Shown: positions 1 through 14,489, numbered from the stretch's first letter. The stretch: 64,000 nucleotides of DNA from Leucoraja ocellata (GCA_036785375.1 JAWMAR010000019.1:2914001-2978000); one strand, 5' to 3'. Notes: a model not told the origin generated them from the letters alone. Made by a program: numbers and translations.

Positions 1-31
1 GAGTATGACATTATTGGAGCCAACACGCCTT

Positions 32-154
32 CCCCCATTGCAGCACCCACTCGCCACCGCTCACCCACCCCTATTGCAGCACCCACTCGCCACCGCTCAC
101 CCACCCCCATTGCAGCACCCACTCGCCACCGCTCACCCACCCCCAATGCAGCAC
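32..154. repeat. 36-bp minisatellite, about 3.4 copies
   Basis: a(t/a)tgcagcacc recurs at 37, 73, 109 and 145 (period 36). This explains the 12-aa repeat in spurious ORF 5..232. Confidence 0.9.
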
Positions 155-3100
155 CTCCTGCCTCCCAGGACACACACACACACACATCCCACAAGAAGAC
201 GTAATCTAGTCAACCGATTCCCATCCACCTAAAATGCAAACATAAATTAAATAAAATGCCATTTCGTAAAAACTTGCAGCATTTTCTGTGTGCTCAGCAA
301 GGAGAACCTTGGCGAGTGAATACTTGGCCATACCCAAAGACCCAGGCTGGGCCGAGGTGCTTATGAGATAGAATTTACCATCAAATGCATAGTTTCCATT
401 ATCAAAACGCGCTGAAACGGGTAAATGTTAAACTTGGTGCACGCAATAAGCGGCCCTCTAATCTTTGAGTCTTTAGCAAAGTTTACAGGTTTCGCAACTG
501 TTTGGGGTTTTCCCCCGGATGCAAAGGCTGGTTTGATTTCCGTCACCATTTGCGGGGGAACGGTGCCAAGAAAACAAAATGACGAAATACAACCTCCTCC
601 TTAAAAAAACCTCAAATATGCAAACGTCGGCATTTTGTAAATTAAAATTTTGATTAAAGACCAAAGATGAAGGGTGTCGACATTTTGTTGACAAAGTTGA
701 GTTATTTAGGTTACAACGATGTTACCCTCAAATACTTGTTACTACTTCGAACTTTGGATTATTTGGTTAATTGAAAATGAAAACAACACTAAAGTCTGTC
801 AGAATTAATCATAATTCGGCGAATAGATTTTTACCCAGGAGGAGAAACGGGAGGAAAGTGTTTACTTGGTTCATTGACGATGATCCCCAACGATGCATTT
901 CGTCCTTATGATCGAGTTCCTCCTAATTCAGCAGTGGATATTTTTCGATAATCACCCCTTTCTTTCAATATCAGGCTTTATATTGGAACAGATTAGTTGT
1001 TATATATTTTAATTAAGGACCAATTGGGAGAAACATTAAAATGAAGAATATAACTGTTATTTTGACTTACAAAAAGTACCTGAAAGATAATATCCACAAG
1101 ATAAGTACAGTGATAATACTTTAAGGGTCAGCGGCAGTTTTTTTTAATAAGAACAAAGGGGAATGAACTTTAACCAAATAAGCAGTTCTTGCCCTAGGCT
1201 GAGGAATGATGTTGAATTTTCTACCATTGAGCGTTGCAAGCGAGTGAGATCTCATTGTCCCCCAATGATCACATATAGTTCCCTGAATCAATTCCTTGTC
1301 CCAGTTTTTATATCTCCGCCAGCAAAACTGTCACAAGTCTCGCTATAATATTACTCCGCGTTTCAAAGTAATTTCTCGCTATGGCGATTAATATATATTA
1401 CAAAATCCACCGTGTGGGCGCATCTCTTCCACACATCACTTTGGTGCACATTCGCGCAGAAAGTCTAACTCCCGTGATACTCGCATCGTGTAGATTGTAT
1501 CTGGCGGCATGTAATCCAGCCTGGTAAACATTGCCAATCCTTTCATCTGCACCGCTCTGTGTTTAAATTACAATAGCCGGATTAAATATGACACATAGCT
1601 TTATTTTTAACAACAGTGACTCTCATTTCGAGTCACCTGTGGACCTGCACAAATAAACAACATTTCGTAAACTGGCTAGCATTTGTGCAACCTGGCAAGA
1701 AAAAACGCCTTACAATATAAGAACGGAGATTTTTAAATTGTCATTTATATGTGTGGAAATTCTGGGTATATCGTACGAGAATTATTGTATGATATTTATG
1801 GAGATAATTCGTCTCCTCGTCTGCCACACCCACCAAGCGGTTTTAACGACCTTGCTTCTAAATGGAACATACATCAGGATCTGGCTAATTGTAGACAAAA
1901 GATATTAACACGCCACCTAGGAAATGGGCCATTCTGGCTTCAAGGATACAAGCCTGCTTTTAATTTGAAAGCGAGTAATTTGAAATATAGAGGGGGCGCC
2001 ACTGAAGGCACGGCGTAAAAAGGAAAGCAAACAATAAAAATTAGACCAAATACAAGGAGGATACGTTCAGTAAACTGTTTGTAAACGTGCACGCGTTCCC
2101 TTTTGCAATTTGTTAAAATCCCGCTGTTCGCATCCCTTTAAAGCAAAGAGTCTGGTAATTAAAAGTGTGAGTTGTTTTTCCCTCATTTCCGCATGCATTT
2201 CTAATTAAATCTTTATGATACTCTCTGTGACTATTAACTGCCAACATGCTGCGTGAATATCCTCTACAAAAACCCAGCAGGCGGTGATAATTAGATAGAA
2301 AATCAAAGTAGACCTTTCTCATTAGCTACACAAACTTCTCCTGAACATTTTGCTGAAGTGGTTTACTCTAAAGCTCATCTCAAAATATTTTTTCTCCAAA
2401 ATTATTGCCCGAAGGAAACACGCGTATCTTGTGATAAAAAATATTACTGATTGAATGTATGCAAGATAATTTACTTTTCAATTTATTAAGAGCTAGCATT
2501 AGTGAGTCCAGCTACTTTGAATTCGATGCCGTGATATTTCATTTCACTATATATGCTATCACCCCATTGCCTATTGTCTGTAACAGACTAAAGCACGTGT
2601 CTAGGAGACACGTGGACATTGTCCCACGCTCTGTTAACGTTGCTTCCACCACCATGTAATAATAAATCGCATGCATTCAAATTAAAATATATGTTGGAAA
2701 ACTTTTTTTATATCTACCAATGTAAAATATGTTTTGTAGATTAAATATTAGAAATTCTAGATCATCAACGTCAAAATCGTAAACGTAAAAAAGCATGTAA
2801 TAAGGTGTAACATTAAATACATGTTGTGTAAAGCAAAGCACTAACATGAAGTTTGAAGGATTAGTAAAATGATAAAGTAGCGCTTCCTTAAATTATCTCA
2901 AATCTTTCAGAAGGAATTAAATATGTAACCCAAATTCTTAAACTCCAGTGTATGATATTGGTTTTTTCTTTTAATTATAGTAGGCGATGGGGGATTATCA
3001 CTCTGGGTTTTTATTTTGTTAATGTAGATGGTCGTTGATGAAGCATGGCTTTTAGCTCAAGCAAATCTGAGGTACATTCCAAAATTGCAATTCCTGGAAA

Positions 3101-4172
3101 ACCTTGGATAAAAGCAATTACACGAGACATCTATGATTATTTGAAGAACATACAAGAGCTAAATCCTCGGAGGGTTACATATTACTTATTTTGTTTAACC
3201 AATGTAGATGTAAATAACCAAAACAGAAACAAAGCTAATCATTTAAGAAATAATCGTGCGTGTCGTATGGCATTAACCGTCTGACGCTAAGGGTCAGATT
3301 ATCACACGCATCTGAACACAAGAACACATAATAAGCTTTTGCAGTTGCACGATCACGATTTAATTAAAGATGTGGCAAGATTTTGTTCTGCCTTGTTCTA
3401 AATGGGTCAATATAGCATAGCGTAATTTCCAAACTCTAGTCTCTAGATGAGTGAATTTCTCCAGAAACTAATTCAAGGAAGGGTATGTGCGTTTTTTTTC
3501 TCAACATGATCTACTGAAGGTTCATTGCTGACAAACGTTGCAATAATTTATGTCTCTGTTGAGAAAAAACTAAAATATCATACATCTCCTAACATATATT
3601 TACTTCAAAGAAGAATTAACATTTTAATTAGTTACTCGTTTAGTCAGTAACATTTGCTTTGGAAGAATGACAGTATGTTTATTAATGATACTATTACATA
3701 ATTATCTAATCGGAGGTGCTCACATGTGCTATTTTATTAAGCATGTATCATGAACATACGTATTATTGTATAATGCATTGAATATATAGATGTTATTACA
3801 CACATATTTGCACAGCTACATATAGCTGGGTAAATTTGCCACTAGGTAAAATATGTTAAATTCATTTACATAGCTGTACATTTTAAACAAATATATGCTT
3901 TTGTTCATGAATTTGTTCGGAATGTTTTCCGCGATAACAACAAAAAGCGCTTGGGTCCCAGATGTTAGGCAGCTTATTTTCAGATAATATGTAATTTTGG
4001 AGAATTTGATTTCCTTTGGTAATTTCGTCTTAGAATAATAAACCCTCAAACAGGTAATATAAATGGAAATAACAGATAGTCGATTTCAGTTGAGCTTGAT
4101 TTATATACATGACTGTTTAATATCAAGTCAATTTGAATTGTGATATGACCTTTTTTTTATATATATTAACAG

Positions 4173-4233
4173 GCTTTGGATGACACGGGTACCACTGGCA
4201 TGAGTTTATTGGACCAGTCCGTCATTAAAAAGG
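4173..4233 (+). CDS. TFAP2B: AP-2 beta coding exon (exon 3 equivalent, 61 nt): ALDDTGTTGMSLLDQSVIKK
   Basis: T-rich tract and AG at 4171-4172, GTATGG donor at 4234. Encodes the AP-2 family LLDQSVIKK motif. The phase-1 end joins the 26836 exon (G|TC = Val). Not in the ORF track. Confidence 0.92.
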
Positions 4234-6057
4234 GTATGGAATATAAAACACAATTAATATGCATGGTTAAGCTGTTAAGTCAATAGTTTGTATTCCAATA
4301 ACCATGTAGAATGAACCTTCTTAGCTGTATACGTGTAACCTCATATCGACAGTGTCTATTAAATTCATTGAATTTAGAGCCATCGCAACAGTACCACATT
4401 TTAGATTGGCTAATTGTACTCATATTCACTGAAACACACCAACCTCGCTTCCTTTATTGAGTAAATTGTATATCAAATATTTTTCTGGGTCTAGAGAACA
4501 GAGAGAAATTGTAGATTATTTCCATGCGGTAATAACGCACAATGCACTGATGTGTTCGTGTCCAGCCCTTTCTTAGATGGAATTAGACAAGAAGACTTAT
4601 AATTTAAGAGCAACATTACTTGATGATCCAACACGTAGCAATTTATGGATATCATAAAACAACACGTTGTTTATAAATGGTATAGCTTCTTTACAGATAT
4701 AACATTGAGACTTTATGGAGTTTTATGTTACAAAGAAACCTTAGTTTGGAAATGAAATATATAACAGGGTTTCTATTAGCTGAAAGGTGAATGGGTGGTT
4801 GAATCGATGGCAAGCTGGATGGTAGACAAAATATGATTGCAAATGAAAAGAGTTGACAGCCAGGGAGACGACGGATGGACATTCATCAGACAAAAGTATC
4901 TAAATTTCCACCAGTAACTATGGAAATAAGCCCGAAATAAAGGTTAACTGAAAATCCCGTTGGTCAAAACGAATCTTCTCAGAGCAAACGAAAAATGCAC
5001 GTAGCGTTTGAATACAACGTAATATTGGACGATAGCCAAAAATACCAGTTTTATTTATTGCAAAACAAAATCCGATGTTTAAACTCGCGTTTGCCACTTT
5101 AAAGCATGCGACAACATTGGCCTTTTTTGAGGGAAGGGGGTCACCGGGTCATGTATAAGCCTGACATCACAATGCTAGAGACTACTTTGTTGCTGCGACT
5201 TTTCGTATTATTGTAACCAGAAGAAATATATTCGCATTTAGCTCGAAAGCATCATCTTGCCTTGTTTGGGGTTGTTGACAGGGCTATGTTAAGCAAGCCG
5301 TATTTGGGGAGGGGCTGGGTACGGTATGATAGTTATGTGTTTTGTTTCATCCTGCTGTCAAAGTTCAGTCGATTGGTGGTTTGCAGTGCTTACTTTGATG
5401 GTATCATGATCTCAGCATTGTACTTTTTATCTCTGCCGGCAGGTTTTCTGTGTATGAGGTTACTGGGCCATAGTATTCTTGGTTGCATTCACGTCGGAGT
5501 TCTGTTTTCATGTGTTCCTCATAACTTGTGTTATTAGGATCCCCTGAGTCACGCCAGGTTGCTTTCCTGTACAATATTACCAGCAGGGTCGTGCTTCCGT
5601 TCGCACGCACCTCCCGTTTGTTTTTTTGTTTTTTTTTGTCGGGGGGTCTGTGTGTGGTAACCTGTGCTAAAGTCCTGTGATTGTTCTGCCATTCTCTGCA
5701 CCTTGCTATCTCAGAGCAAGCTCCGTGAACCATGTACAGACCAACTTTCTAGTTTCTCCACGACTGACTGATCAGCCTGCGCCAATCTCCGTCAGCAGGT
5801 TAAAAATACACACGCAGGCACACGCACGCACAACCAAAGGGGACAAAAATATGCATGCTCTCAGTTGTAACATCACCGGGTGAATATAAAGAGACACCAT
5901 ATCCGCTCCGGCCGCCTGAACTCTTTTCAAAGAAACGCGGTGGCTGCAATTTCCGCTGTTTGAATTCGATGTGATTGAGCGCATTTTATTCAGACAAATA
6001 CTCACTGCAAGTGTTCAAAGATGATGCCAAATTTTAAAACCGTGACTGACTACTGAT

Positions 6058-6450
6058 TCAAGAGTCAAGAGTGTTTATGGCCATATGTACCGATCAACGG
6101 AGTAATGGAATTGTTACTTGCAGCAGCATGCAGGCCTGTAAACACAATACTAATAAAACACATAACTTAAAACACAATTAATTAATTAATTTATAAAATA
6201 AAAACATAATTAGTGCTAAAGCGGAAGTGCTCTGTGCAACCAAGGCGGTTCATTGTTCATTTAGTGTTTGTGATATTCAAGAGCCTGAAGGTTGTTGGGA
6301 AGAAGTATTCTTAAACCTGGTGTTCACAGTTTTCAGACTCCTAAACTTTCTTCCCAATGGCCGGAGTGAAATCACTCCTTAGTGTGGTGTGAGTCTTTGA
6401 CGATGTTGGCTGCCCTTTTTGTAGCAGCGCCTCTCATAGATCTCCTCGAT
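6058..6450 (-). mobile_element. Rex-Babar-like LINE 3' fragment
   Basis: Minus strand reads PLGRKFRSLKTVNTRFKN/FFPTTFRLLN, resembling the Rex1-type ORF C-terminus. Related tails at about 7930, 15955, 24975, 47270 and 56282. Confidence 0.65.
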
Positions 6451-8254
6451 AGAGATGCTGCAATCTTTAGCTGGTCGCAAACTTTAGAATAAAAAATATG
6501 CACTTGAATGAAACTTAGTGATTTGGGACTTAAATTGGGTGGTAACTCCTCCAGTCACAGGGTTTAGAATCACCACTTCAACAGAATGAAAGTAAATAGA
6601 ATCAAGTCCCCTGTATAACAACATACCTTTCGAACATTTTCCATTACAGTGACTAAACTATAAAACAGATTTTTAAAGATGTATGTAATGCGCCCCCCCC
6701 CCCTCCCTTCCTAAAGTCTGACTAACTTTTCATAAAAGAAACGGCGATCTGTACTTCTGCCTTAACTGACGCAGATAAGTAACGACACGGCAACAGCTGT
6801 GAGTTATTACAGCTACTAAGTTCTCCCAGAGTTATCTTTCCTTGTACCATTAACTTTCTTCAGAAGTACAGGCCATTACCAGTCAAATAATTTAGCCCTT
6901 GACACGTTTTGTAATCATTTTCTGTAAAGACAACGTCCTTAACCAAAAATTGCCTTTTAAAACAAAATTACAAGAAGGGCAACGGATTACATTTGCCGAG
7001 GAAGTAGCTTTTAAAGATTGGGAGTAAGATGAGCAAACTGTCAGATAAAGGCCGATGAATAATTGTAGCTCGGAGTGAACAAAGTAATTGCAAATTATCG
7101 CAGACTTTTCACACACATTATACTTTATAAAACTACCTCCTGAATCAGTTAGTGTTCGTGAGAATATCTTAAGCTATGAGGAGTTCTAACCAATGTTTGT
7201 AGCAATTTCCAGAAGTCTCCCAGCAAATCGGCGAAACACGCTAGACTGGCGATTTTCCACACTCTACCTTTAAATCACTTAAATCTGCAGCGAGCAAAGA
7301 GGAAAGTTATTTTCTACATAAGTAAATAGTTGGATGGGACTGTTCGTCTCCGTATCGGGAAATCTTCATCGTCTTTCCCCATTCGGATTGAGCAGTAATT
7401 ATATGCGAAACATTGGCAAAACAAACGAGTTGGAGGTAAAGATAGCTTCACCGGTACCTGGTGGTAAGTTCACACGAAAGGGTCGTGGAAACTGCGATAG
7501 AATATATAACAGAAACAGAATAACAGAAATAGACGCAAAAGGAAGCCACTCGGCCCATCGCGTCTGTGCTTGTCATTAAAGAGCTACCCAGCCGAATCCA
7601 ATTTTTCAGCACTTAGTCCCAGTAATCCCGGAGCAGTGACTGTCACAAAGACAAGAGGGCAATAAAACAATTCATTGTGCATAATTCAAGGATAACACCA
7701 TTAAATCGTTTATATTTCAATTTTTGCACATCATTAAGAGAATGGGTATTTGCATAAACATAGTTTCCCCATGGTGCCTCCGTTTATTCTTACACAAATT
7801 TTGTTTGATTATCTTATCAACATTTCAGGAAAGCTACTCTTGCATGTAAACTCTGTTTATAATCTAACACATTTATGTTTTTCATTCAATAAGAACTAGT
7901 TGAATATTATGCATTGTAGGGCTCTCCTTCAAGAGCCAAGAGTGTTTTATTGTCATATGCTCCAGACAGAACAATGGAATTCAAGTCCGATATTAGTTTG
8001 GTGGATCGGGTGAAGGCAAGATCAAATGGAATCCTCGCCCTAAATAAGACGTCCCGGCTCGGTTCATTAATGTGCTATATATTGAGTGGCTGAAACACCA
8101 GCACCTGCCTTACACCTGTCCGGCACCCAGAAAAAAATCAATGAGATGGAATTAGTTTGCTGAGGATAAAGATAGTCAATTGATACCAACTAGGGCAAGG
8201 CATGTTGTGTTTGACAATTATGGTGAAAGACGCTGAACAGATAGAGCAAATGGA

Positions 8255-8525
8255 ATCATAGAGTCGTAAATCAGATTATTATCCCACCACATCTATGCCG
8301 ACCAGTGGTTACCCATCTGCATTAATCTGGTTTTCCAGTACTTGACCCACAGCCTTCTATGCCCAGGTAGTTTATGTGTTTGGCCAGTTAAATACTGCTC
8401 ATGACTGTTTCTGTCACTCTCACAGGCAGTTTATTCCATGTACACACCCCTCTCCGGGTGAAAACACTTGGCCCCAGTTCCCCTTTAAATATCTTACCTA
8501 GAACCCTAAATCTATGTGATCTAGC
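8255..8525 (-). mobile_element. CR1/HER1 LINE 3' fragment
   Basis: ORF 8388..8588 contains HRFRVLG...FTRRGVCTWNKLP, the CR1 ORF2 C-terminal motif (FTxRVVxxWNxLP). Confidence 0.8.
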
Positions 8526-9282
8526 TTTATTTCTCTCCAACGTTATGCAGTTTACCATTTTTTTGGCCTGTGATCTTTTTAATTTCAAAACTAAACTTTA
8601 GTCTTAATAAATAAACAAATAAATGCATATATATATATATATACAAAACAGCAACCGTGCAAAACTCATAATACATTATACACGAGTACAGAGTAGTAAC
8701 AAAATCAAGACTGCCATTTGTAGTTTGCAATGAAATAGTTATCAGATTAAAATATTACCCTGGTGTATATTCCTTAATCATATCCCTTCTTATTTTCCAC
8801 CACTGCGGGGAAAGCGGACCTAGCATCTCCGGTCTCTACTCATAACAGAAATACTCCATCTCAGGCAAAATCATGTTGTAAATCCTCCACAGGCATGGAG
8901 ATTCCGTAGTTGGTCCATTTTCATAGAGAGGCTCATTGAATTAAAATTAAAAAAAAACTAACCAATGGCGCAAGATTCCCAGCGAGAAAACGATTGACAC
9001 AGAGTGAGAAAAATGCTGTTGCTAAGTTGAAAGCGGTGCAGTACAAAGGGTAAGGTTACCGCCCCTTTATTCCCAGTATACAGAAAAAAAAAACATTAAT
9101 CATGAGTATAATGAAGGTATGGGAAAATGCGCCGTACCGTCTTTAACTGCAAAACTGATAAAACACGTTTTACGTGTTAGAAGAATTTGGACCTAATGCC
9201 TGAGATAGGGATTAAATCATTTATCGTTATTTTATTCATTGAACTATGGCTGATTGGTGACAGATTTGCCTATGCCCATATT

Positions 9283-9463
9283 GCTAACCCCCCCCCCCCC
9301 CCCCCCCCACTCCAAACATCCTGAAGATGGGTCCCCACCCGAAACATCAGCTGTCCATTCCCTCCACAGATGATGCCTGAACCATTGAGTGAACCGTTGA
9401 GTTGAGCAAAACACAGCATCTTGTGTTTTGCTCAAAATTCCAGCACCTGCAGTTTCTTGTGGT
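9283..9463 (+). mobile_element. PLE terminal-repeat derivative with hammerhead-like core, 8-bp TSD
   Basis: CTGAAGA-T-GGGT-CCCC-ACCC-GAAAC-ATC at 9321-9348. Flanked by cccatatt at 9275-9282 and 9464-9471. Confidence 0.8.
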
Positions 9464-9599
9464 CCCATATTCCTTATCAATTTCAGTTGACAGAGATCTA
9501 GCAATTCTAGATCTGTTACTAACAAAAACTCCTAACATCTATTCTATTTGCAGAAAAAGAAACTGCAATGTTTTACCACTTTTTCCATGGTGATGGATT

Positions 9600-10100
9600 T
9601 CCTTTTGTTTGCTCTGCGTGAGCTGGCTCTAATTTTTAGACAATGCTTCCCAGTATGAAACTAAGCAGACAGGGGAAGTGAGCTTTTTGAAGCACTCCAT
9701 CAGTTTCAATAGACAACCTGAAATTGATCAGACCACTTCTTAAATTTCTACATTTCAGAGAATGCCAACCTAGATTTTCTAAACTTTTCTTGTAATTATA
9801 ATCCCGGAGCTTGGGTATAGCTCTGGTAAATCTATGCTGCACTCTCCCTGTAAAGCTAATATTTTCTTCATTCACATTCCTCCCATTGTGCTCGAACCCA
9901 ATCTTTGTATAGTCGTTGCCTATCTCTTCATATTCAGCCTTTGTATTCTACAATCTCCTTGATGTAAAGATCAGGATTGCATTTATCTTTTTATCAATAC
10001 ATACGGATTGATGTGCCTCTGGGCATGCCATTATTTCTAGATTTTCACTATTTGTAAGACACTGTTACGCCTCTTTTTCAGGTCCACCTTGGATGACTTC
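9600..10100 (-). mobile_element. Old, degenerate CR1 ORF2 fragment
   Basis: ORF 9636..9875 RVQHRFTRAIPKLRDYNYKKSLENLGWHSLKCRNLRSGLI resembles CR1 VQRRFTRxIPxLxxLSYEERLxxLGLxSLExRRLRGDLI. Confidence 0.7.
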
Positions 10101-10580
10101 ACATTGTTTCGCTTAAAATGTATTTCCCTTTAATTTTGTCCTTTGACTTAATGCCTTCATATAAATCATTCATTATGGTCCCCATCTTTATGCCGCTTTC
10201 CATCTCATCCGCTATACAGTATGTTCTTGAGACACCGATATAGAATAGTTCTGGCTACATATAGCAAATAAGAAACTTTTCCTGCTATCACATCTAGCAC
10301 ATAGCCAAATTCTGGGCCAGGTCACACATTTGCATCCATTTCATCTTCTGCTGATTGTCTTTATCAAATGCCTTCTTGAAAACTACGTAAATAAAATCAA
10401 CTGTAACTCCCGTATCAACTTGCTTAGTTGCATTTTAAAATTGTAATCATGTTCATCGGGTATGACTTCAAGCTGGGTCAAAATTGCAACATGTTCCTTC
10501 ACGTTGTTCTTTATACTGAATTCAACAACTGAAATTAGTTAAAATAATTAATAATTCCTTGCTATCCCTCTGTCATCTTT

Positions 10581-10958
10581 CTTTCTTTTAAAATCTTTTT
10601 ATTAGCTTTTTTTCCAAAAAGAAAAACAAAAACAAAAAACAAAACAAAAAGAATAATGATAAACATAACAATGATATTGATACATAGGGATCAGGATTAC
10701 ATTAATAACAGGTATAACCTAAATATGAGTCCAGTATTGAAATTCACATTGAATATAGACCTCCCGGTCTCTATGTAAATATAGTTAAATGTTTAAAAGA
10801 AAACTTATATATGTAGAAAAAAACACTAAAAGATAAAAAGAAAAAAAAGAAAAACAAGAGAAAAAAGGAAGAAACAAAAACCCTTAAACTAGAAAAAAAA
10901 AGCAAAACAGAATATGAGCGGAGAATTTCAACAATATAAGTCCCTATTTGTCGACCTA
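10581..10958 (-). mobile_element. 5'-truncated retroposed insertion (L1/Tx1-like 3' UTR) with 10-bp TSD
   Basis: Direct repeat tgtcatcttt at 10571-10580 and 10959-10968. Minus strand ends T-rich tract, AATAAA, then an AAAG-repeat tail. Family assignment is tentative. Confidence 0.65.
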
Positions 10959-11111
10959 TGTCATCTTTGATAGTGGAACTTAATTCTGAAAAACATGGCA
11001 AAATTATAGCCACTTCATCTATGTCAAATAGTCCTTTTAAATCCATGGAATGGAAATTCTCCAGACCTCCTTTTAGTCATTGTCATTATTGTATTAATCT
11101 ACCAGCTGCCA

Positions 11112-11372
11112 CAGAGTTGCTGTGTTACAGCGCCAGAGACCTGGGTTCAATCCTGGCCTCGGTAGTTTGCATGTTCTCCCTGTGTCTGCATGGGTTTTAT
11201 CTGGGTGCTCCGGTTTCCTCCCACATCCCAAAGATGTGCAGGTTTGTAGGTTCTTTGGCCTTTGTAAAATCGTGAAAGAGGAATAACATGGAGCTAGTGT
11301 AAACGATGTTCAGCATTGACTCTGTGGGTCGAAAGGCCTATTTCCATGCTGCATCTCTAAACTAAACCAAAC
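11112..11372 (+). mobile_element. HE1-type V-SINE (tRNA-derived)
   Basis: tRNA-like head with B-box GGTTCAATCC, V-domain ttctccctgtgtctgcatgggttt..gggtgctccggtttcctcccacatcccaaagatgtgcagg, CR1-like 3' end and ctaaa tail. Confidence 0.85.
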
Positions 11373-11709
11373 TATTGTTACTTTCCTTAAAATAGTTTTG
11401 ACAAGTCCCAGTCCTGGTTACTTTAATAACCACAAACTGTTGGAAAGCGGCCAATCAAAGTCACTACAGAGAGAAACAACGTTCTCGTTTCAAGATTATG
11501 ACCTGTTAACATCAGAGATGTTAAGTGTCAAAAATATTAAAATCTGTGAAAATCTGAACTCTGTTCATCAGATTTGCTTCACAGATGCTGCGTGTGCTGC
11601 TGAATATTTCCAGTATTTTCCATTTCTATTCCATGTTTATAATATCTGAAGTATTTTGCGTTTGCATTGGTATTAGTTCCCAAAGGATATTAAAGTTCTA
11701 TCCTCTAAG

Positions 11710-12482
11710 AGACAGAGATTCATACTCTGTGAAAAGAGGCCCTTCGGTCCAACTTGCCCATGCTGACCAAGATGCTCCATCTACACTAGTCCCACCTGCA
11801 TGCATTTGGCCCAATTTGCTCTAAATTTGTTTTATTCATGTGCCTGTCCAAATGTCTTTTCAATGTTGTTGTTACACCTGCCTCAATTACTTTCTCTGAT
11901 AACTCGTTCCCCTTAGGTTGCTATTAAATCTTTCCCATCTCACCTTATACCTATAGAGTCATACAGTGTGGAAACAGGCCCTCCTGCCTAACTCACCCAC
12001 ACTGGCCAACAATATCCCAGCTCCCCTAATCCCACTTGCATGCGCTTGGTGCATAACCCTCCAAACCTGTCCTATCCATGTACCTGTCCAACTGTTTCTT
12101 AAATGATGGGATAGTCCCAGCCACAACTACCTCCTCTGGCAGCTTGTTCCATACACCCACCACTCTCTATGTGAAAATGTTATCCCTCTGATTCCTATTA
12201 AATATTTTCCTCGTCAGCTTGAACCTATGCCCTCTGGTCCTCGATTCCCCTAATCGTGAGAAAAGGCTCTGTGCTTCTACCTGATCTATTCCTCTCATGA
12301 TTTTGTATACTTCTATAAGATATCCCCTCATCCTCCTACGCTCCATGGAATAGAGACTCAACCTGTCCCCATAACTTACACCCTCCAGTTCTGGCAACAT
12401 CCTTGTCAGCATTATGTCCACTAGTTCATGATTCCTCTACTCAGGGGAATAGATTCTTTGCATCTACCCTATCCATTCCCCT
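11710..12482 (-). mobile_element. Nested CR1/HER1 3' fragments (younger copy about 11953-12410 inside an older copy)
   Basis: Two tail motifs at about 11715 and 11953. ORF 12167..12421 reads RMLPELEGVSYGDRLSLYSMERRRMRGYLIEVYKIMRG. The outer copy resumes at about 12413. Confidence 0.85.
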
Positions 12483-13583
12483 TACAAACTCTTCTATTTA
12501 AATACTAACACAAAATAATTATTCAGCATCTAATATTTTTGTATTTTGTATCTACAATATTATTATTGCTCATTTTCAATGTGGCCAACTTTCGTTTCCC
12601 TAATATACTTGTAAAAGCACATATTCATTTTGATACCCTTTACAATTCATTTCCCACATATATTTGGGACATTTTCAGAATTTTCCTGCAGAAAATTGCT
12701 CTAAATGGTTTGAAAAAGAATCTGTAATTTTCTGACTTGAGCAAGGAAATTGATGAAAGACCCACATATTCCAGCATTTCTCCCCTCAGGATAGTCTTGC
12801 TGACTTCCAATTTCTATAGACTGTAATCCAAGCGCACAGTATTTTACACCTATTTTCAGTCTATATTATTTATATTATGTTGTTACATTACAGTTAGCAA
12901 ATGTAATGTACGAATAATTACTCTCTAAAAAAACGAAAATCATCCACTTCTTCTGGATATCCAGGGAATGAAGGGATGTGGATTTTGTGCAAGTAGTTAA
13001 GAAATGGCTTGGCATAATGTTCAACACAGTCATTGTCTGCTGAGGGGTCTGTTCTTGGTCTGTACCAAAATTATATTCCAAAATTGCTTTGCTTTTGCTG
13101 CATCTTTGCATTTATACATTCTAAACTTTGTGTCTGCTGCCAGGAATTCTGTACTTACTAAATATACAATGTGGACATTGCTATTCGTACTCATAACATT
13201 TCTACATCCTATTTATTATTTGTTACAGCATCATTCATCATGCAGTGTCTTGATGATGTTACAAGCACTCCCTGGACCACAATCCCTGACCTATCCTTCT
13301 GGTCTAATCTTTTGTTGAGATAGTTTAAATTTATTTATGTTGGTTTACTGACTTTGTCTTTTGGATTTTCCTTTAATGCTCAAATTATTATTTCTGATAA
13401 GCAACATACTTTATTTTGTTTCTTTAGATTGATTATTATTTCTAATATTTCCACCTAGGCTTTCTCTCCACTTCAATACATTTACGAGTTTTGTCCTCTT
13501 CGTTATCATAGGTATATTTTCCAGTCTGAATCTACTACAACCATACTGGTCCTTCTAGTCCCATTAAAGCTTCCAGTCCATTT

Positions 13584-14060
13584 AGAATCATAGAGTCATA
13601 CAGCATAGGAACAGGCTCTTTGGCCCAACTTGCCCATACCAATCAACATGCCCCATCTACACTAGTCCCACCTGCCTACATTCTGTGCATATCATTCTAT
13701 TCCTATCCTATCCATACACCTGACCAAATGTCTCATAAACTTTGCAATATTACGTGGGTCAACTATCTCCTCTGGCAGCTGTTCCATACACCTACCATTC
13801 TTTGTGTATAAAAGCTACCCTTCAGGTTTCTATTAAATCTTTCCCTCCATGTCCCCTACTCTGGGTAAAAGATTCTCTGTGTTTACCCAATCTATTCCTC
13901 TAATGATTTTGTACATCTCTATAAGATCACCCATCATCTATGCTCGAAGGGATAAAGAGGCCTACTCAACCTCTCCCTATAGCTCAGGACCTCTGTCCTG
14001 GCAGCATCCTCATAAATCTTCTCTGCACCCTTTCCAGCTTGACAACGTCTTTGCTATTGT
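13584..14060 (-). mobile_element. CR1/HER1 LINE 3' fragment
   Basis: Tail agaatcatagagtcatacagc, with body homologous to 11953-12410 and 58271-58945. Confidence 0.85.
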
Positions 14061-14489
14061 ACTCTGTTTCTGCAATCCTTCTTGCTCTCCCCACTATACT
14101 TATAAATGCATCTATGGCATAAGTAACTATAACGATAAAGCAAATGTGATCTTTTATGCTCTTTTCTTTAATTTAATTCCTAGTTCTTGACACTGTCTAT
14201 ATAAATACTCCTTGTTTTTGCAGGTCACACCTCCTTTGGTAGTTTGTACACATTGAACATAGAACAGTACAGCACAGGAACAGACCCTTTGGCCCACAAT
14301 GTCTGTGCCGAACATGATGCCAAGTTTTCTTGATACAACAAGCTTTCTACAGTTTGCAATGTAATATTGAGATTGTTTGAGGTTAGGAATTTAAATACCA
14401 CTAACTCATTGGTAGAACTCCCTTGTTTGTGGTGGAGAGATTTTTGGAAGAAAACTTACTTGGCTTCACTTTTCAGCTTTGTCCATGCC

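Noticed and set aside
5-232. Pro/His-rich ORF, tempting as the AP-2 proline-rich activation exon
   Set aside because: It is a 36-bp minisatellite plus a CA repeat, with no PY motif or AP-2 similarity.
11112-11160. tRNA-like sequence
   Set aside because: It is the truncated head of a V-SINE and forms no complete cloverleaf.
12490-13580. Possible old LINE remnant (T-rich strand bias)
   Set aside because: I could not recover a diagnostic protein motif by eye.
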